Below, piece after piece: positions 1 through 11,820 of a DNA stretch of 64,000 nt. The notes under the pieces are model-generated. The model was given only the letters and a program-made list of their open reading frames with translations, did not search any database and was not told the DNA's origin. Within the stretch, counting starts at the first letter, position 1. Every line of letters begins with the position of its first letter. A program made the position numbers and the translations under genes. The stretch comes from Mobula hypostoma (taxonomy: Eukaryota), in the NCBI RefSeq assembly GCF_963921235.1, contig NC_086097.1, positions 236,470,001-236,534,000 of the forward strand, given 5' to 3'.

Positions 1-37
1 AGTTACCTCTTTAAAAAAATATATAAAAGTTTGATCA

Positions 38-720
38 AGCATGATCCATCATCAGGGACCTCACCACCCAGGACATGCCCTGATATCACTGCTGCCATCA
101 GGAAGATGGAACAAGAACCTCAGGACTCACACCACCAGGTTCAGGAACAGTTATTACCCTTCAATCATCAGGCTCTTGGACAAAAGGGAATTACTTCACT
201 CAGACACAAGGAAATCTGCAGATGTTGGAAATTCAAGCAACACACATCAAAGTTGCTGGTGAACGCAGCAGGCCAGGCAGCATCTCTAGGAAGAGGTACA
301 GTCGATGTTTCGGGCTGAGACCCTTCATCAGGTAACCCTGACTGTACCTCTTCCTAGAGATGCTGCCTGGCCTGCTGCGTTCACCAGCAACTTTGATGTG
401 TGTTACTTCACTCAACTTCACTTGCCCCATCATTGAAATGTTCCCACACCAATAGACTTTTCAGGGACTCCTTATCTCATGTTCTCAATATTTATTTCTT
501 ATTTATTTATTATTATTTTCTTTTTGTATTAGCACAGTTTATTGTCTTTGGCACACTGGTTGAAGCCCAAGATGGTGTGGTCTTTCATTAATTAATTCTG
601 TTATGGATTTATAAAGTATGCCAACAAGAAAATTAAATTAATCCCGGAGTTTTACCTGTTGATTGATATATACATATACATACACACTGTGATAATTAAT
701 TTATGTTGAACTTTGATTTT
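38..720 (+). mobile_element. Rex1/Babar-type LINE, 3' fragment (end of RT ORF plus 3' UTR), interrupted by a Penelope fold-back insertion
   Basis: Translation HHPGHALISLLPSGRW..LRTHTTRFRNSYYPSIIRLL matches the C-terminus of the Rex1-like copy at 33920-34186; AT-rich 3' UTR follows. Confidence 0.7.
203..402 (-). mobile_element. Penelope-like element (PLE) pLTR fold-back insertion with hammerhead core
   Basis: Inverted arms (aacacacatcaaagttgctggtgaacgcagcagg.. / ..cctgctgcgttcaccagcaactttgatgtgtgtt); 12-bp TSD ttacttcactca at 191-202 and 403-414; minus-strand CTGATGA-AGGGTCTCAGCCC-GAAACATC at about 300-332. Confidence 0.8.
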
Positions 721-729
721 TCCATGCAC

Positions 730-935
730 AAAATCATACAGATTCCTCCTAATCAGACTTTGTCTATCTAAATAGAATTCCCTCAGAATTCCCTCCCGTA
801 ACTTCCCCACTGCAGATGTAAAACAGACCAGCCTATAGTCCCCTGGCTTGTTCTTGCTGCCCTTCTGAAACAACTCAACGACATTATTCATTTTCAGGTC
901 TTCAGAAGCCTCACCATTGGATAATGATGAAGAAG
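730..935 (-). mobile_element. Degraded CR1 LINE ORF2 fragment
   Basis: LFQKGSKNKPGDYRLVCFTSAVGKL is the decayed FKKG..PGNYRPVSLTSVVGK motif. Confidence 0.7.
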
Positions 936-1407
936 AGCACTGCACCAAATTAGAAAGGTCAAGCACGGGCTGAATCGAGATGGTGTATCTTGGGCCAAAG
1001 AGGTTTTGATACAGCAGGGCCATGATCAGCGAGTGAGGAATGTCTGGTTAATTTAAGCGCTGGGCCAGATTGAAAAGATCGGGGTGTCAGGGCCGGAGAC
1101 AACACACATTCTAAAGTCATGCAGTTCAGGTTAGATTTAGTGAGTTTTGAGCATGTTACATTGGCCCTAGAAGCACAGTAATACTTGAGGTTGCCCCCAG
1201 CCAAGTCCTTGGACTGTGTGGATTATTGACACAAATGACGCTTTCACTCTAGGCTTTAATGTACAAATACAGTTAATCTTTAATCTGTGACCACATGGGT
1301 TTCCTCTGGATGGTCCAGTTTTCATCCACATCCCAAAGACATTGGAATTGGAATTGTTATAGAACCTGGTGGCATTAGTGGTCAGCTTGCTGCTCTGCAA
1401 GGTTTAT

Positions 1408-1859
1408 TTGCAGACATCCCACTCTACAAAAACTCATTTCAGAGAGGTAGCACCATCAATTTGTGGGGGCTCCTGGGAGAGGTGGGATGTCTGCAATAGA
1501 GTAGCTCCTTAGCAGCTAACCAGCTAGTTTAAATAACGTTAGCTATGCTAATGAACAAATGACACCTGTTAAACTCACCTCAACATGTCTTTTACAGTCA
1601 TCTGGGCAATAGAAGAGTCACTATTGCAAACAGTGCAGCGAGCAGCACTCATTATTTTTGACCCCTATTAGGCAGGGGTACACTTTAGGGTAGTCTGGGG
1701 TGATGTACATTTTATATTTTCTTTTTTTGGAACTCTCTCTCGCACACTCTCTCTCGTGGTCTCTCTCGCACTCACTTTCTCTCTCAAAAAAATTGATTTC
1801 CGGGACATTTTATATAATTTGCGGGCATCAGAGAGCCGCTATTAATATGCGGGAGACTC
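1408..1859. mobile_element. Non-autonomous DNA transposon/MITE-like element, truncated on the right
   Basis: Perfect 15-bp inverted repeat ttgcagacatcccac (1408-1422) / gtgggatgtctgcaa (1482-1496); recurring aat(t/a)tg(c/t)ggg motif at about 1458, 1815 and 1844; no coding capacity. Confidence 0.45.
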
Positions 1860-2667
1860 ATCTCGGTCCTAAAAGGCTTCCCCTTTATCCTCAAACTGTG
1901 ACCCATCGTTCTGGACTTCCCTAACATCGGGAACAATCTTCCTGCATCTAGTCTGTCCAATCCCTTTAGGATTTTATATGTTTCAATAAGATCCCCCCTC
2001 AATCTTCTAAATTCCAACAAGTATAAGCCTAGTCGATCCAGTCTTTCAACATATGAAAGTCCTGCCATCCCAGGAATCAATCTGGTGAACCTTCTTTGTA
2101 CTCCCTCTATGGCAACGATGTCTTTCCTCAGATTAGGGGACCAAAACTGCACACAATACTCCAGGTGTGGTCTCACCAAGGCCTTGTACAACTGCAGTAG
2201 TACCTCCCTGCTCCTGTACTCGAATCCTCTTGCTATAAATGCCAGCATACCGTTCGCCTTTTTCACCGCCTGCTGTACCTGCATGCCCACTTTCAACGAC
2301 TGGTGTATAATGACACCCAGGTCTCGTTGCACCTCCCCTTTTCCTAATCGGCCACCATTCAGATAATAATCTGTTTTCCTGTTTTTGCCACCAAAGTGGA
2401 TAACGTCACATTTATCCACATTAAATTGCATCTGCCATGAATTTGCCCACTCACCTAACCTATCCAAGTCACCCTGCATCCTCTTAGCATCCTCCTCACA
2501 GCTGACACTGTCGCCCAGCTTCGTGTCATCCACAAACTTGGAGATGCTGCATTTAGTTCCCTCATCTAAGTCATTAATATATGTTGTAAACAACTGGGGT
2601 CCCAACACTGAGCCTTGCAGTACCCCACTAGTCACTTCCTGCCATTCTGAAAAGGTCCCGTTTATTC
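1860..2667 (-). mobile_element. Young CR1 LINE internal fragment (RT C-terminal half), lacking both 5' part and 3' tail
   Basis: ORF 1784-2635 ([36 protein letters not shown]); near-identical to about 18645-19451. Confidence 0.9.
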
Positions 2668-3069
2668 GTAAGCGGGAGTAAGCGAGTCAAAGAACAATTG
2701 GAGCAGAGAAGTTCTGGAGCCCATCCACCTAAACCAAGAGTGAGGTAGGATCGATCTAAGCACTGCACCAATTTGGAAAGGTCGGGTAAGGACGGAATTT
2801 GGTGGTAGAGTGCAGGCCCAGATCATATCAACACAGTGGGGCCTGGGTCCTAGTCCTGGGGATGATCTGATGTTTGGACAATTTGAACACTAGGCCAAAT
2901 GGACTGAAAAGACAGGGTGTCAGGACTGGATGCAAGGGTCAGGCTCGTCACTGCTCCGCAACGTTTACTCTGCTCTTCTCGGCATTGAGGCTGAGGCTGT
3001 TTCCTGCTCCAGGCTTTAAGTCTATGGACTCACTTTCTTGCCAAATGTTGTTATTTGCTTTTATTATTT

Positions 3070-4217
3070 AGACCTTAAGACCATAAGATGTAGGAGTAGA
3101 AGTAGGCCATTCAGAACATTGAGTCTGGGTTTATTCAATTCTTCCAGTCATCCCCACTCCCCTGCCTTCTCCTCGTACCCTTTGATGCCCTGGCTAATCA
3201 AGAGCCTATCTATCTCTGCCTTAAAGGCACCCAATGACTTGGCCTCCACAGCCACTCATGGCAACAAATTCCACAAATTTACCACCCACTGACTAAAGTA
3301 ATTTCTCCGCATCTCTGCTCTAAATGAAAGTCCTTCAATCCTGAAGTCGTGCCCTCTTGTCCTGGTCTCCCCCACCATGGGAAATAACTTTGCCATTGCT
3401 AATCTGCTCAGGCCTTTTAACATTTAAAATGTTTCTGAGATTCCCCCCCCCCCCCACATTCTCCTGAACTCCAGGGAATATAGCCCAAGAGCTGCCAGAC
3501 GTTCCTCATACAGTAACCCTCTCATTCCTGGAATCATTCTGGTGAATCTTCTCTGAATCTTTTCCAATGTCAGTATATCCTTTCTAAAATAAGGAGCCCA
3601 AAACTGCACACAATACTCCAAGTGTGGTCTCACAAGTGCCTTATAGAGCCTCAACATCACATCCCTGCTCTTACATTCTACACCTCTAGAAATGAATGCC
3701 AACATTGCATTCACCTTGTTCACCACCGACTCAGCCTGGAGGTTAACCTTTAGGGTATCCTGCACAAGGACTCCCAAGTTCCTTTGCATCTCTGCATTTT
3801 GAATTCTTTCCCCATGTAAATAACAGCCTGCCGGCTTATTTCTTCCACCAGAGTGCATGACCATACACTTTCCAACATTGTATTTTATTTGCCACCTCTT
3901 TGCCCATTCCCCTAAACCATCTAAGTCTCTCTGCAGGCTGTTACCTGCTCCTCTACCTACCTTTCCATCATCAGCGAATTTAGCCACAAATCCATTAATC
4001 CCATAGTCCAAATCATTGACATACATCGTAAAAAGCAGAAGTCCCAACACCGACCCTTGTGGAACTCCACTGGTAACTGGCAGCCAGCCAGAATAGGATC
4101 CCTTTATTCCCACTCTCTGTTTTCTGCCAACCAGCCAATGGTCCACCCATGCTAGTAACTCTCCTGTAATTCCATGGGCCCTTATCTTGCTAAGCAACCT
4201 CACTTGCAGCACCTTGT
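3070..4217 (-). mobile_element. CR1 LINE, 5'-truncated
   Basis: ORF 3424-4245 with [25 protein letters not shown]; 3' tail gaccttaagaccataaga at the left end. Confidence 0.9.
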
Positions 4218-5022
4218 TTGCATGATTTGTGCTCCCTGCACCCACTGTAGCGCATTGGGGTTGGCCTTCTTTTTAAATTGGTTTATTTTGGGTTTCTTTG
4301 TTTTTGTCTGCCTAGAAGCAGATGAATCTCAAGGTTGTATAATTTATACATACTTCGAACTCTCCCCAAGCAATTAAATATTGAAAATCATTAGCTTTTT
4401 TTGGTGCATTTAAAAAGAAACTCCCCAGGGGTCACAAATTAGTTAAAATCTTACCCTGATCCTAGCTCTCACCTGTTGTGCCATATTAATCTAGTCAATG
4501 CAATCAAGGGTATTTTCATTTGTTCAGGAAAGGCACAGAATGTGTGACAGATGATGGATGCATGAAGAAGGGATGGATTGGCCTGAGACTTCTCGTGTTT
4601 TTGAGATGAGAGACCATCACTAACCAGATAAGCGGAGTCAAAGCAGACACATTTTGCTACCCAGTGGGAGAACTAAAGGCCATCTGAGAAACCAGGTGAA
4701 GGTTCTGACTTCAAACCTCAGCTTTATCTTGCTGCCATCAGCAAGATATAAAAATATGCGCTTTCTTGGTTAAAAAATATATAATAGAACTACAACTATT
4801 TAAGAAGAGCTGACTCAGCTTCAGTGATAGTTTTGGGCAGAATACTTCAGGATGAGTTCAATACTCTATACAATTCATACAATCCTAGTCATTATTCATC
4901 TAAAAAGGTAACTCAGAAGATAAACTGCTGAGAGGTTAAACTACTGCTGCCGGTTAAATTTGTTGAAAGTTACCTGCAGACAAAGAGCAAGAGGGAGAGA
5001 ACAAGTATGGCCATCTCCAGAG

Positions 5023-5067
<45 letters not shown>
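5023..5067. repeat. Compound (TC)n(CA)n microsatellite
   Basis: Direct reading of the sequence. Confidence 0.95.
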
Positions 5068-5069
<2 letters not shown>

Positions 5070-5524
5070 GCTGGAGGAAATTCAGGTTGAGTCTGTGGTA
5101 AAGAAGTCAAATGCAATATTGGCATTTATTTCAACGGGAATAGAATATGAAGGCAAGGAGATAATGCTGACGCTTTATAAGACGCTAGTCAGGACGGACT
5201 TGGAGTATTCTCGACAGTTTTTGGACCCTATATCCCAGAAAGGATGTATTATCATTGGAAAGAATTCAAAGGAGGTTCAGAAGGATGATTCCAGGAATAA
5301 AAGGTTTAAACATATGAGGAGCGTTTGGTGGCCTTGGGCCTGTACTCACTGGAATTTAGAAGAATGCATGGGGATCTCATTGAAACCTACCGTATGTTGG
5401 TCATCAAGGGAATGGCGGCGTAAGGAAAAGGTCTCTCGACAAAAAAGAAGGTAAACTGCCCCAAAATCGAATTTAGACAAATACTTAATATTGCATAACT
5501 ATATTAATAAAAGGGGCAAGGAAG

Positions 5525-6508
5525 ATGTCTAAGAACAAGAATAAAAAGTCCGCTTCGAAGGCTGATAAACATAAAGAGATGCAGGAAGGCGAAGGGCCTA
5601 GCTCCCCCACGGCAAGCCAGGACAGAGATAATGAGGGGGAATCGGTGACTCTGTCTTTGATTCTCGGAGAGATTCACGAGTTCCGACAAGATAACAGCAA
5701 ACAGCTGGAAGATATTAAAGGAGAAATAGTAAAAACTAACTCGTGGATAGATGAAGCCGAAGCGAGGATTGTTGGAATTGAAGAGAAGCTACAAAATGCC
5801 GAGGAAGTGATAGCAGAAATGCTGAAGCTACAAGACCAGCTCCAGTGGAAACTAATAGATCAAGAAGGCCGCTCAAGAAGGGAAAATGTGAGGATCTACG
5901 GAGTTCCCGAAGGAACCGAAGGTAAACCCGGATTGATGATTCCCTTCGTGGAGAAGCTGCTTAGAGAGAACCTTGATATACCGGCCGCAAAAGACCTACA
6001 GATAGAAAGGGCTCACCGCGCGTTGGCACCACAGCCTCCGGCAGGCACCCAGCCCAGATCGATTCTGATCAGATTTCTCAGTTACAGAACAAAGGAAGAG
6101 GTGCTTAAAAGAGCATGGCAAAAGAAAGGTTTCATGTGGAACAACTGTAAAATCAGTTTAGACCACGACTACGCACCGGGGATTCTTGCCAGACGGAAGG
6201 AATATACGGAAACACGGAGAGTCCTGAAGGAAAACAACATCAGATTTCAGACCCTGTATCCAGCTCGGCTGAGAGTCTTTTACGACGAAGGGACAAAAAC
6301 TTACACTACGGTGGAGGAGGCAACGTCGGACCTGGCGGACCGGGGACTACCTATTAAAGTTATCACCCAACCGGAGTCGCTACTGGAGAGGATTCGGCAG
6401 AAGTCGTGGCAGTTAGTGGGGCGAGGACGCTCCACTCGAAACAGAGTGTCAAACTACAAGGAAAAGCTGCAAATATTCAGACGCGAATGTACAGAGAATA
6501 CAGATTAA
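5525..6508 (+). CDS. L1 ORF1p (coiled coil, RRM, CTD; Transposase_22/L1TD1-like), intact 327 aa
   Basis: Heptad-rich N-half; motifs EGRSRRENVRIYGVPE, IERAHR, PRSILIRF, DYAPGILARRKEY, LYPARLRV. Confidence 0.9.
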   Translation: MSKNKNKKSASKADKHKEMQEGEGPSSPTASQDRDNEGESVTLSLILGEIHEFRQDNSKQLEDIKGEIVKTNSWIDEAEARIVGIEEKLQNAEEVIAEMLKLQDQLQWKLIDQEGRSRRENVRIYGVPEGTEGKPGLMIPFVEKLLRENLDIPAAKDLQIERAHRALAPQPPAGTQPRSILIRFLSYRTKEEVLKRAWQKKGFMWNNCKISLDHDYAPGILARRKEYTETRRVLKENNIRFQTLYPARLRVFYDEGTKTYTTVEEATSDLADRGLPIKVITQPESLLERIRQKSWQLVGRGRSTRNRVSNYKEKLQIFRRECTENTD

Positions 6509-6870
6509 TTAAGAGAAATGACTGAAAAGAGTAAATCGGACTTAAAAGTAAAATGAAAACTGGTAATTGAAAATAATCTAGGCGGAATAACTTGAATGAT
6601 AGCAATATGGTCGAGACATAAATAGGAGAAAATTCTCTATGATTATTCAAACTGCTGAGGGTCCTCTAACACAGGGTGAAGATAGAGGTTATCCCTCTGA
6701 ACTGAGGCGGGTCGGTGCTCAGGCCTCACTGTGGGAAGTCGGGGAAAATTTTCAAATGTTATACGTTCAGAAATGTCTAGGGTGTGGTTATATGTCTTGG
6801 TTTACTGTTGAGAAGGGATTGCTTACTGTTTGGTTAGAAAAGGAGAGTGCTTTTTTTCTACTAGAGAAAA

Positions 6871-9800
6871 ATGCAAACTGAATTGGTAAAAATAATTTCC
6901 TATAATGTTAATGGAGTTTTGAATCCAATTAAAAGAAATAAGATTATGTCTAAATTGAAAAAAGAGAGGGCACAAATAGCTTTCCTCCAGGAAACACATA
7001 TGAGCCAATCTGAACATGGAAAATTAAAAAGAATGGGCTTTAAGCATGTATTTTATTCATCATATAAAATGAGTCACAAAAGAGGGGTAGCTACTTTAAT
7101 ATCAAGTACTCTTAATTATGAACATATTTCAGAGACTAGAGACAAAGAAGGACGGTTTGTAAAAATCACAGGAAGAATAGAAGGTACAGAAATAACATTG
7201 CTGAATGTTTATGCTCCTCCAGGTAGTGAATGGTCATTTTATAGACACATTTTTGACCTAATGGTCAGTTCTCGAGGGGTAGTAATTTGTGGAGGGGATT
7301 TTAATATTAGATTAAATCCTATATTAGATTCTTCAAGAATAGTTACTCAGAATAAACCTCTGACTCAGAAAGTGAATTCATTGATGGAGGAGTTGGGAAT
7401 TATAGATGTCTGGAGGGAATTACACCCTACTAGTAAAGATTATACATATTACTCTTTCCCTCATTCAGCCTATTCAAGGATAGACTATTTCTTTATCTTT
7501 AATACAGATAGACTCAGGATAAAAAACTGTAATATTGCAACAATTGATCTGTCGGATCATAGCCCAGTCTCTATGTCTCTAATCCTGGAAAGGAAAATGA
7601 GGAAAACACTATGGAGGCTAAACTCACATATACTTAATAACCCAAAAGTAATGGAGAGATTAAGGGGAGAAATCAAAGAATATCTAGACCTTAATGACAT
7701 GGGAGAAACATCACCAGTGATTTTATGGGATACATTGAAAGCTGTACTGAGAGGGAAAATTATTTCCATTACTACTCACATGAAAAAAATCAATGCACAA
7801 AAATTAGCAGACCTTCAAGGAAAATTAAAACAACTTCAAGTTGTAGATAGCAACAAAAGTAATTCAAATCGAAAACAGGAAATTAGGAAATTGCAAAGTG
7901 AAATTGATGATATTTATACATTGGAAACTCAAAGAAATTTTCTTTACCTGAGACAAAAGAATTATGAAGTAGGAGGTAAATCAGCTAGATTATTAGCATA
8001 TAAATTACGAAAACAACAAGCAGACAATACAATTCATAAAATAAAGAATCCAAAGACAAAGCTTGTGGCAGTACAATAGGGAAAATTCAAGAGAGTTTTG
8101 AAACGTATTATCGAGAGCTGTACTCCCAACCCCGGGCCCCCAATGAGCCCTATATAGACAGTGTATTGAATTTTTTAGATCTACCTAAACTTACAGATTT
8201 ACAAAATGAAAGTTTATTAGAACCAGTAACTGTCAAAGAACTGAACGTGGCCATCTCTAGGTTAAAGGCTGGAAAGTCCCCAGGGTCTGATGGGTTTACA
8301 TCAGAGTGGTACAAGTCCCTGAAGACACAGTTAGCCCCATTACTACTTAACACCTTTAATTGGATCTTGCAGAGAGGAGAAACTCCACCTTCCTGGAGAG
8401 AAGCGATTATTTCAGTTATTCCTAAAGAGGGTAAAGATAAACTAGAATGTGGCAATTATCAGCCAATTAGTGTTCTTAATTTAGATTACAAACTATTTAC
8501 ATCTATATTAGCGCGCAGATTGGAAAAGCTTTTACCTGGCCTAATCCATTTAGACCAGACTGGATTTATTCAACAAAGACAAACACAGGACAACATAAGG
8601 AGAACTCTGCACATATTAGAACAGGTTAATAAGAATGAGACAGAGACAATGGTAGTAGGATTGGACGCTGAGAAAGCTTTTGATTCTGTTAGTTGGGCAT
8701 TCCTATACAGAGTGTTAGGAAGATTCGGCTTTCAAGAAAGGTTTATTAAAGTAATTCAGACTCTGTATGACAGCCCAACAGCCCGAATTAAGATAAATGG
8801 GGACCTCTCTGACTCCTTCATTTTAGAGAGAGGCACTAGACAGGGATGCCCAATTTCTCCTCTCCTTTTTGCGCTATATATTGAACCACTTGCCCAACTA
8901 ATAAGACAGAGCGAAATCGTAAAAGGTATCAAGGTGGCAGGGATTGAACAGAAAGTGGCGTTATTCGCAGATGTTGTTTTGGTCTATCTGAGTGAACCAG
9001 AAAAATCATTTATAGGATTGTTTACACTGTTGGATGACTTTGGGAAAATATCAGGTTATAAAATCAATGTAAAGAAAACGCAGGTTATGTCCCTAAATTA
9101 TACACCATCCAAAAAATTGCAGGATACATACGATCTTAAGTGGGAAGCTAAATCATTAAAATATTTAGGAATAACCCTGCCGAAGGATCTTTCAACACTG
9201 TCACAGGTAAATTATGGGCCATTAATCTCAGAGATAAAAGCAGATATGCATAGATGGAATCTTATCCCCTTTTTAAGTTTAAATTCAAGGATAAATACTA
9301 TAAAAATGAATATTCTTCCTCGGTTATTATATCTTTTCCGTACTTTACCAGTGGAGGTGGATGATAATCAATTCAGGGAATGGGACAAATGGATTTCCCG
9401 CTTCATTTGGCAAGGAAGGAAACCTAGAATTCGATATAACACTTTACAGTTAGGGAAGGAAAGAGGAGGTATGGTTCTTCCTTGCCTGAGAAATTATTTT
9501 TATGCCTCACAGATAACCCCTCTATTATATTGGTGTAATAGGGAATATAAGGCTAGATGGAAGGAAATAGAATTTGGATTAGTTGACAGTTTTCCTCTTC
9601 AGGCCTCAATAGCTGACAAAGGATTGATGGCCCAGTTGGAAAAATTTAATAATGCTTGGATAAATCTTACATTAAAAGTATGGCAGAAGGTGGTTAATTC
9701 ATGTGGAATTAATAACATGCTAAAACTCTTTAGATGGTGTGCATATGATATCGAATTCCTTCCCAACAGAGGAGATAAAAGATTTGAGCTATGGATAAAG

Positions 9801-10658
9801 AAAGGTCTTACAACCTACCTCTCATTTATAGATAAAAGAGTATTACAAAGTTTCCAAATCCTGCAGGACAAACATGGCCTAGAACATAATGACTTTTTTA
9901 GGTACCTTCAAATACGAAACTATGTTAACCAGAGTTGTAGATATACAGACCTATCAACAGTAGAATTAGAATTTTTCAAGATTCTGAATTCGGCTTGCAG
10001 TTCAATACCTAGTAAATCAGTTTCTCGCCTATATAATGCACTCTCCCATGCTAAAAATGTAAATACACTGTATATTAAAGAGAAGTGGGAGAAAGAAGCG
10101 GGGTTGGTACTTTCAGAGGAGGCTTGGGGGAAAATCTGCAGCTTTCAATGGTCCTCGACTAATTCTTTGACTTGGAGAGAACATTGTTGGAAAAACATTA
10201 TAAGATACTTCAAGACCCCATATCAGGAAAAATATAAAGATACAAATGTGATGTGTTGGAGAAGGTGCGGCTCTAAGGAGGCAAATCATTTTCATATTTT
10301 CTGGGATTGCCCTAAATTAAGTCTATTTTGGGAAGGTATTCATAGAACATTAGTTAAGGTACGTAGGTCCCAGATACCTCTGAACTTTGAGACGCTCTAT
10401 TTGGGGCATGTATTGTTCCTTGAACAGAAGGAAGATATAAAGTTGCTGCAGGCCCTCTTAGCGGCAAGTAAGAAATCAATCACTAGAAAATGGCTAAATC
10501 CAATACCACCCACATTAGAAGATTGGTACGAAATTATCTTGGAAATATTTAAAATGGAAAAGTTGACCTACTCCCTGAGAACACAAAAAGAAACATTTTA
10601 TCAAATCTGGAATAAATGGATTGAATATATAACCCCAATGCGAGCAGACTTTAGATGA
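6871..10658 (+). pseudogene. L1 ORF2p (APE endonuclease, RT, C-terminal CCHC) with a 1-nt frameshift near 8068 and RT active-site FADD>FADV
   Basis: SYNVNG, LQETH, GGDFN, SRIDY, SDH in 6871-8079; KSPGSDG, DAEKAFD, GTRQGCPISPLLF, LFADV, YLGI, CWRRC..HIFWDC in 8166-10658; the second frame is open back to about 8070 (STIGKIQESFETYYRELYS). Confidence 0.92.
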
Positions 10659-11237
10659 CTCTCCTAATGATTTATATTGCTCTTCTCATCAACACAGTAA
10701 TATTGCTAACGTAAGCACCCCTAGTCTAAATGTTTGTTGTTTTTTTTTTGGAAAATAGAGAATTAACACAAGTAAAGGGAAAGATTTGGGAAAGGGATTT
10801 AAAAAAATGAAAAAATTAAGTAAATAAGTACATAGGGATTGGATAATTATGTCTGCGGGCAGGAACAAGCACGAACAAATTGGGATATAAACACCTACAA
10901 TGGTTGGTATATAGGCTTGTATGCAACATTTTGGACCAGTGGAAATGGTCCAGAAGGGTTGTATGGAAACTATTATTACTATTTTTCTTAACAACTAATT
11001 TCATTACTTAGCCTAATAGGTTAGATTTACCACAGTACATAATTATCTATTTAAATGTTTATTTTGCTTTTATATCATTTCAATGTGTACTTAAGAATGT
11101 ATAAATAATTGTAGTTTTATACATATAAAAAAATGGAAAAGGTTATATGTGTGAAAAAAGTACATGATAATTGTGAACTCCTTATCCAAATAAAAATAAA
11201 ATTTAAAAAAAAAGAAACCTACCGTATGTTAAAAGGA

Positions 11238-11474
11238 ACACACATCAAAGTTGCTGGTGAATGCAGCAGGCCAGGCAGCATCTCTAGGAAGAGGTACAGT
11301 CGACGTTTCAGGCTGAGACCCTTCACCAGGACTAACGAAGTCCTGACAAAGTGTCTCGGCCTGAAACATTGACTGTACCTCTTCCTAGAGATGCTGCCTG
11401 GCCTGCTGCGTTCACCAGCAACTTTGATGTGTGTTGCTTGAATTTCCAGCATCTGTAGAATTCCTCTTGCTTGT
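11238..11474 (+). mobile_element. PLE pLTR fold-back insertion with two opposed, mutated hammerhead motifs
   Basis: About 95-bp inverted arms; 14-bp TSD gtatgttaaaagga at 11224-11237 and 11475-11488; cores CTGGTGA (minus, 11298-11333) and CTGACAA (plus, 11339-11374). Confidence 0.85.
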
Positions 11475-11820
11475 GTATGTTAAAAGGACTAGATAGGGTG
11501 GATGTGGGGAGGATGTTTCCTATGGTGGGGGTATCCAAACCTAGAGGGCACAATTTCAATATTGAGAGGTAAGGAGGAATTTTTTTAGCCAGAGAGTAGT
11601 AAATCTGTGGAATGCTCTGCCGCAGACGGCAGTGGAGGTCAAGTCTGTGGGTATATTTAAGGCAGAAGTTGATTGTTTCCTAATTGGTCAGGGCATCAAA
11701 GGATACAACAAGAAGGCAGGTGTATGGGGTTGAGTGGGATCCGGGATCAGCCATGATGGAATGGTGGAGCAGACTCGATGGGCTAAATGGCCTAATTCTG
11801 CTCCTGTGTCTGATGGTCTA

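Larger units (their letters stand above)
5399..11213 (+). mobile_element. Full-length L1-clade LINE (5.8 kb)
   Basis: 17-bp TSD gaaacctaccgtatgtt at 5382-5398 and 11214-11230; 5' UTR, ORF1, 362-bp spacer, ORF2, 3' UTR, AATAAA (11189, 11195) and A-tail 11205-11213. Confidence 0.95.
5081..11820 (+). mobile_element. CR1 LINE 3' fragment split by the L1 and a PLE insertion (pieces 5081-5398 and 11475-11820)
   Basis: QVESVVKKSNAILAFIS..LYKTLVR before the L1; sequence resumes as aaaggactagatagggtggatgtgg and ends in the CR1 tail gggctaaatggcctaattctgctcc. Confidence 0.85.

Noticed and set aside
4960..5454. 164-aa ORF with an HT repeat
   Set aside because: Chance read-through of a microsatellite, CR1 remnant and L1 5' UTR
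6639..6881. 80-aa ORF in the L1 inter-ORF spacer overlapping the ORF2 start
   Set aside because: No recognisable motif; cannot be supported from one copy
10929..10955. Hairpin tggacca/tggtcca in the L1 3' UTR
   Set aside because: Short, single copy, no covariation evidence
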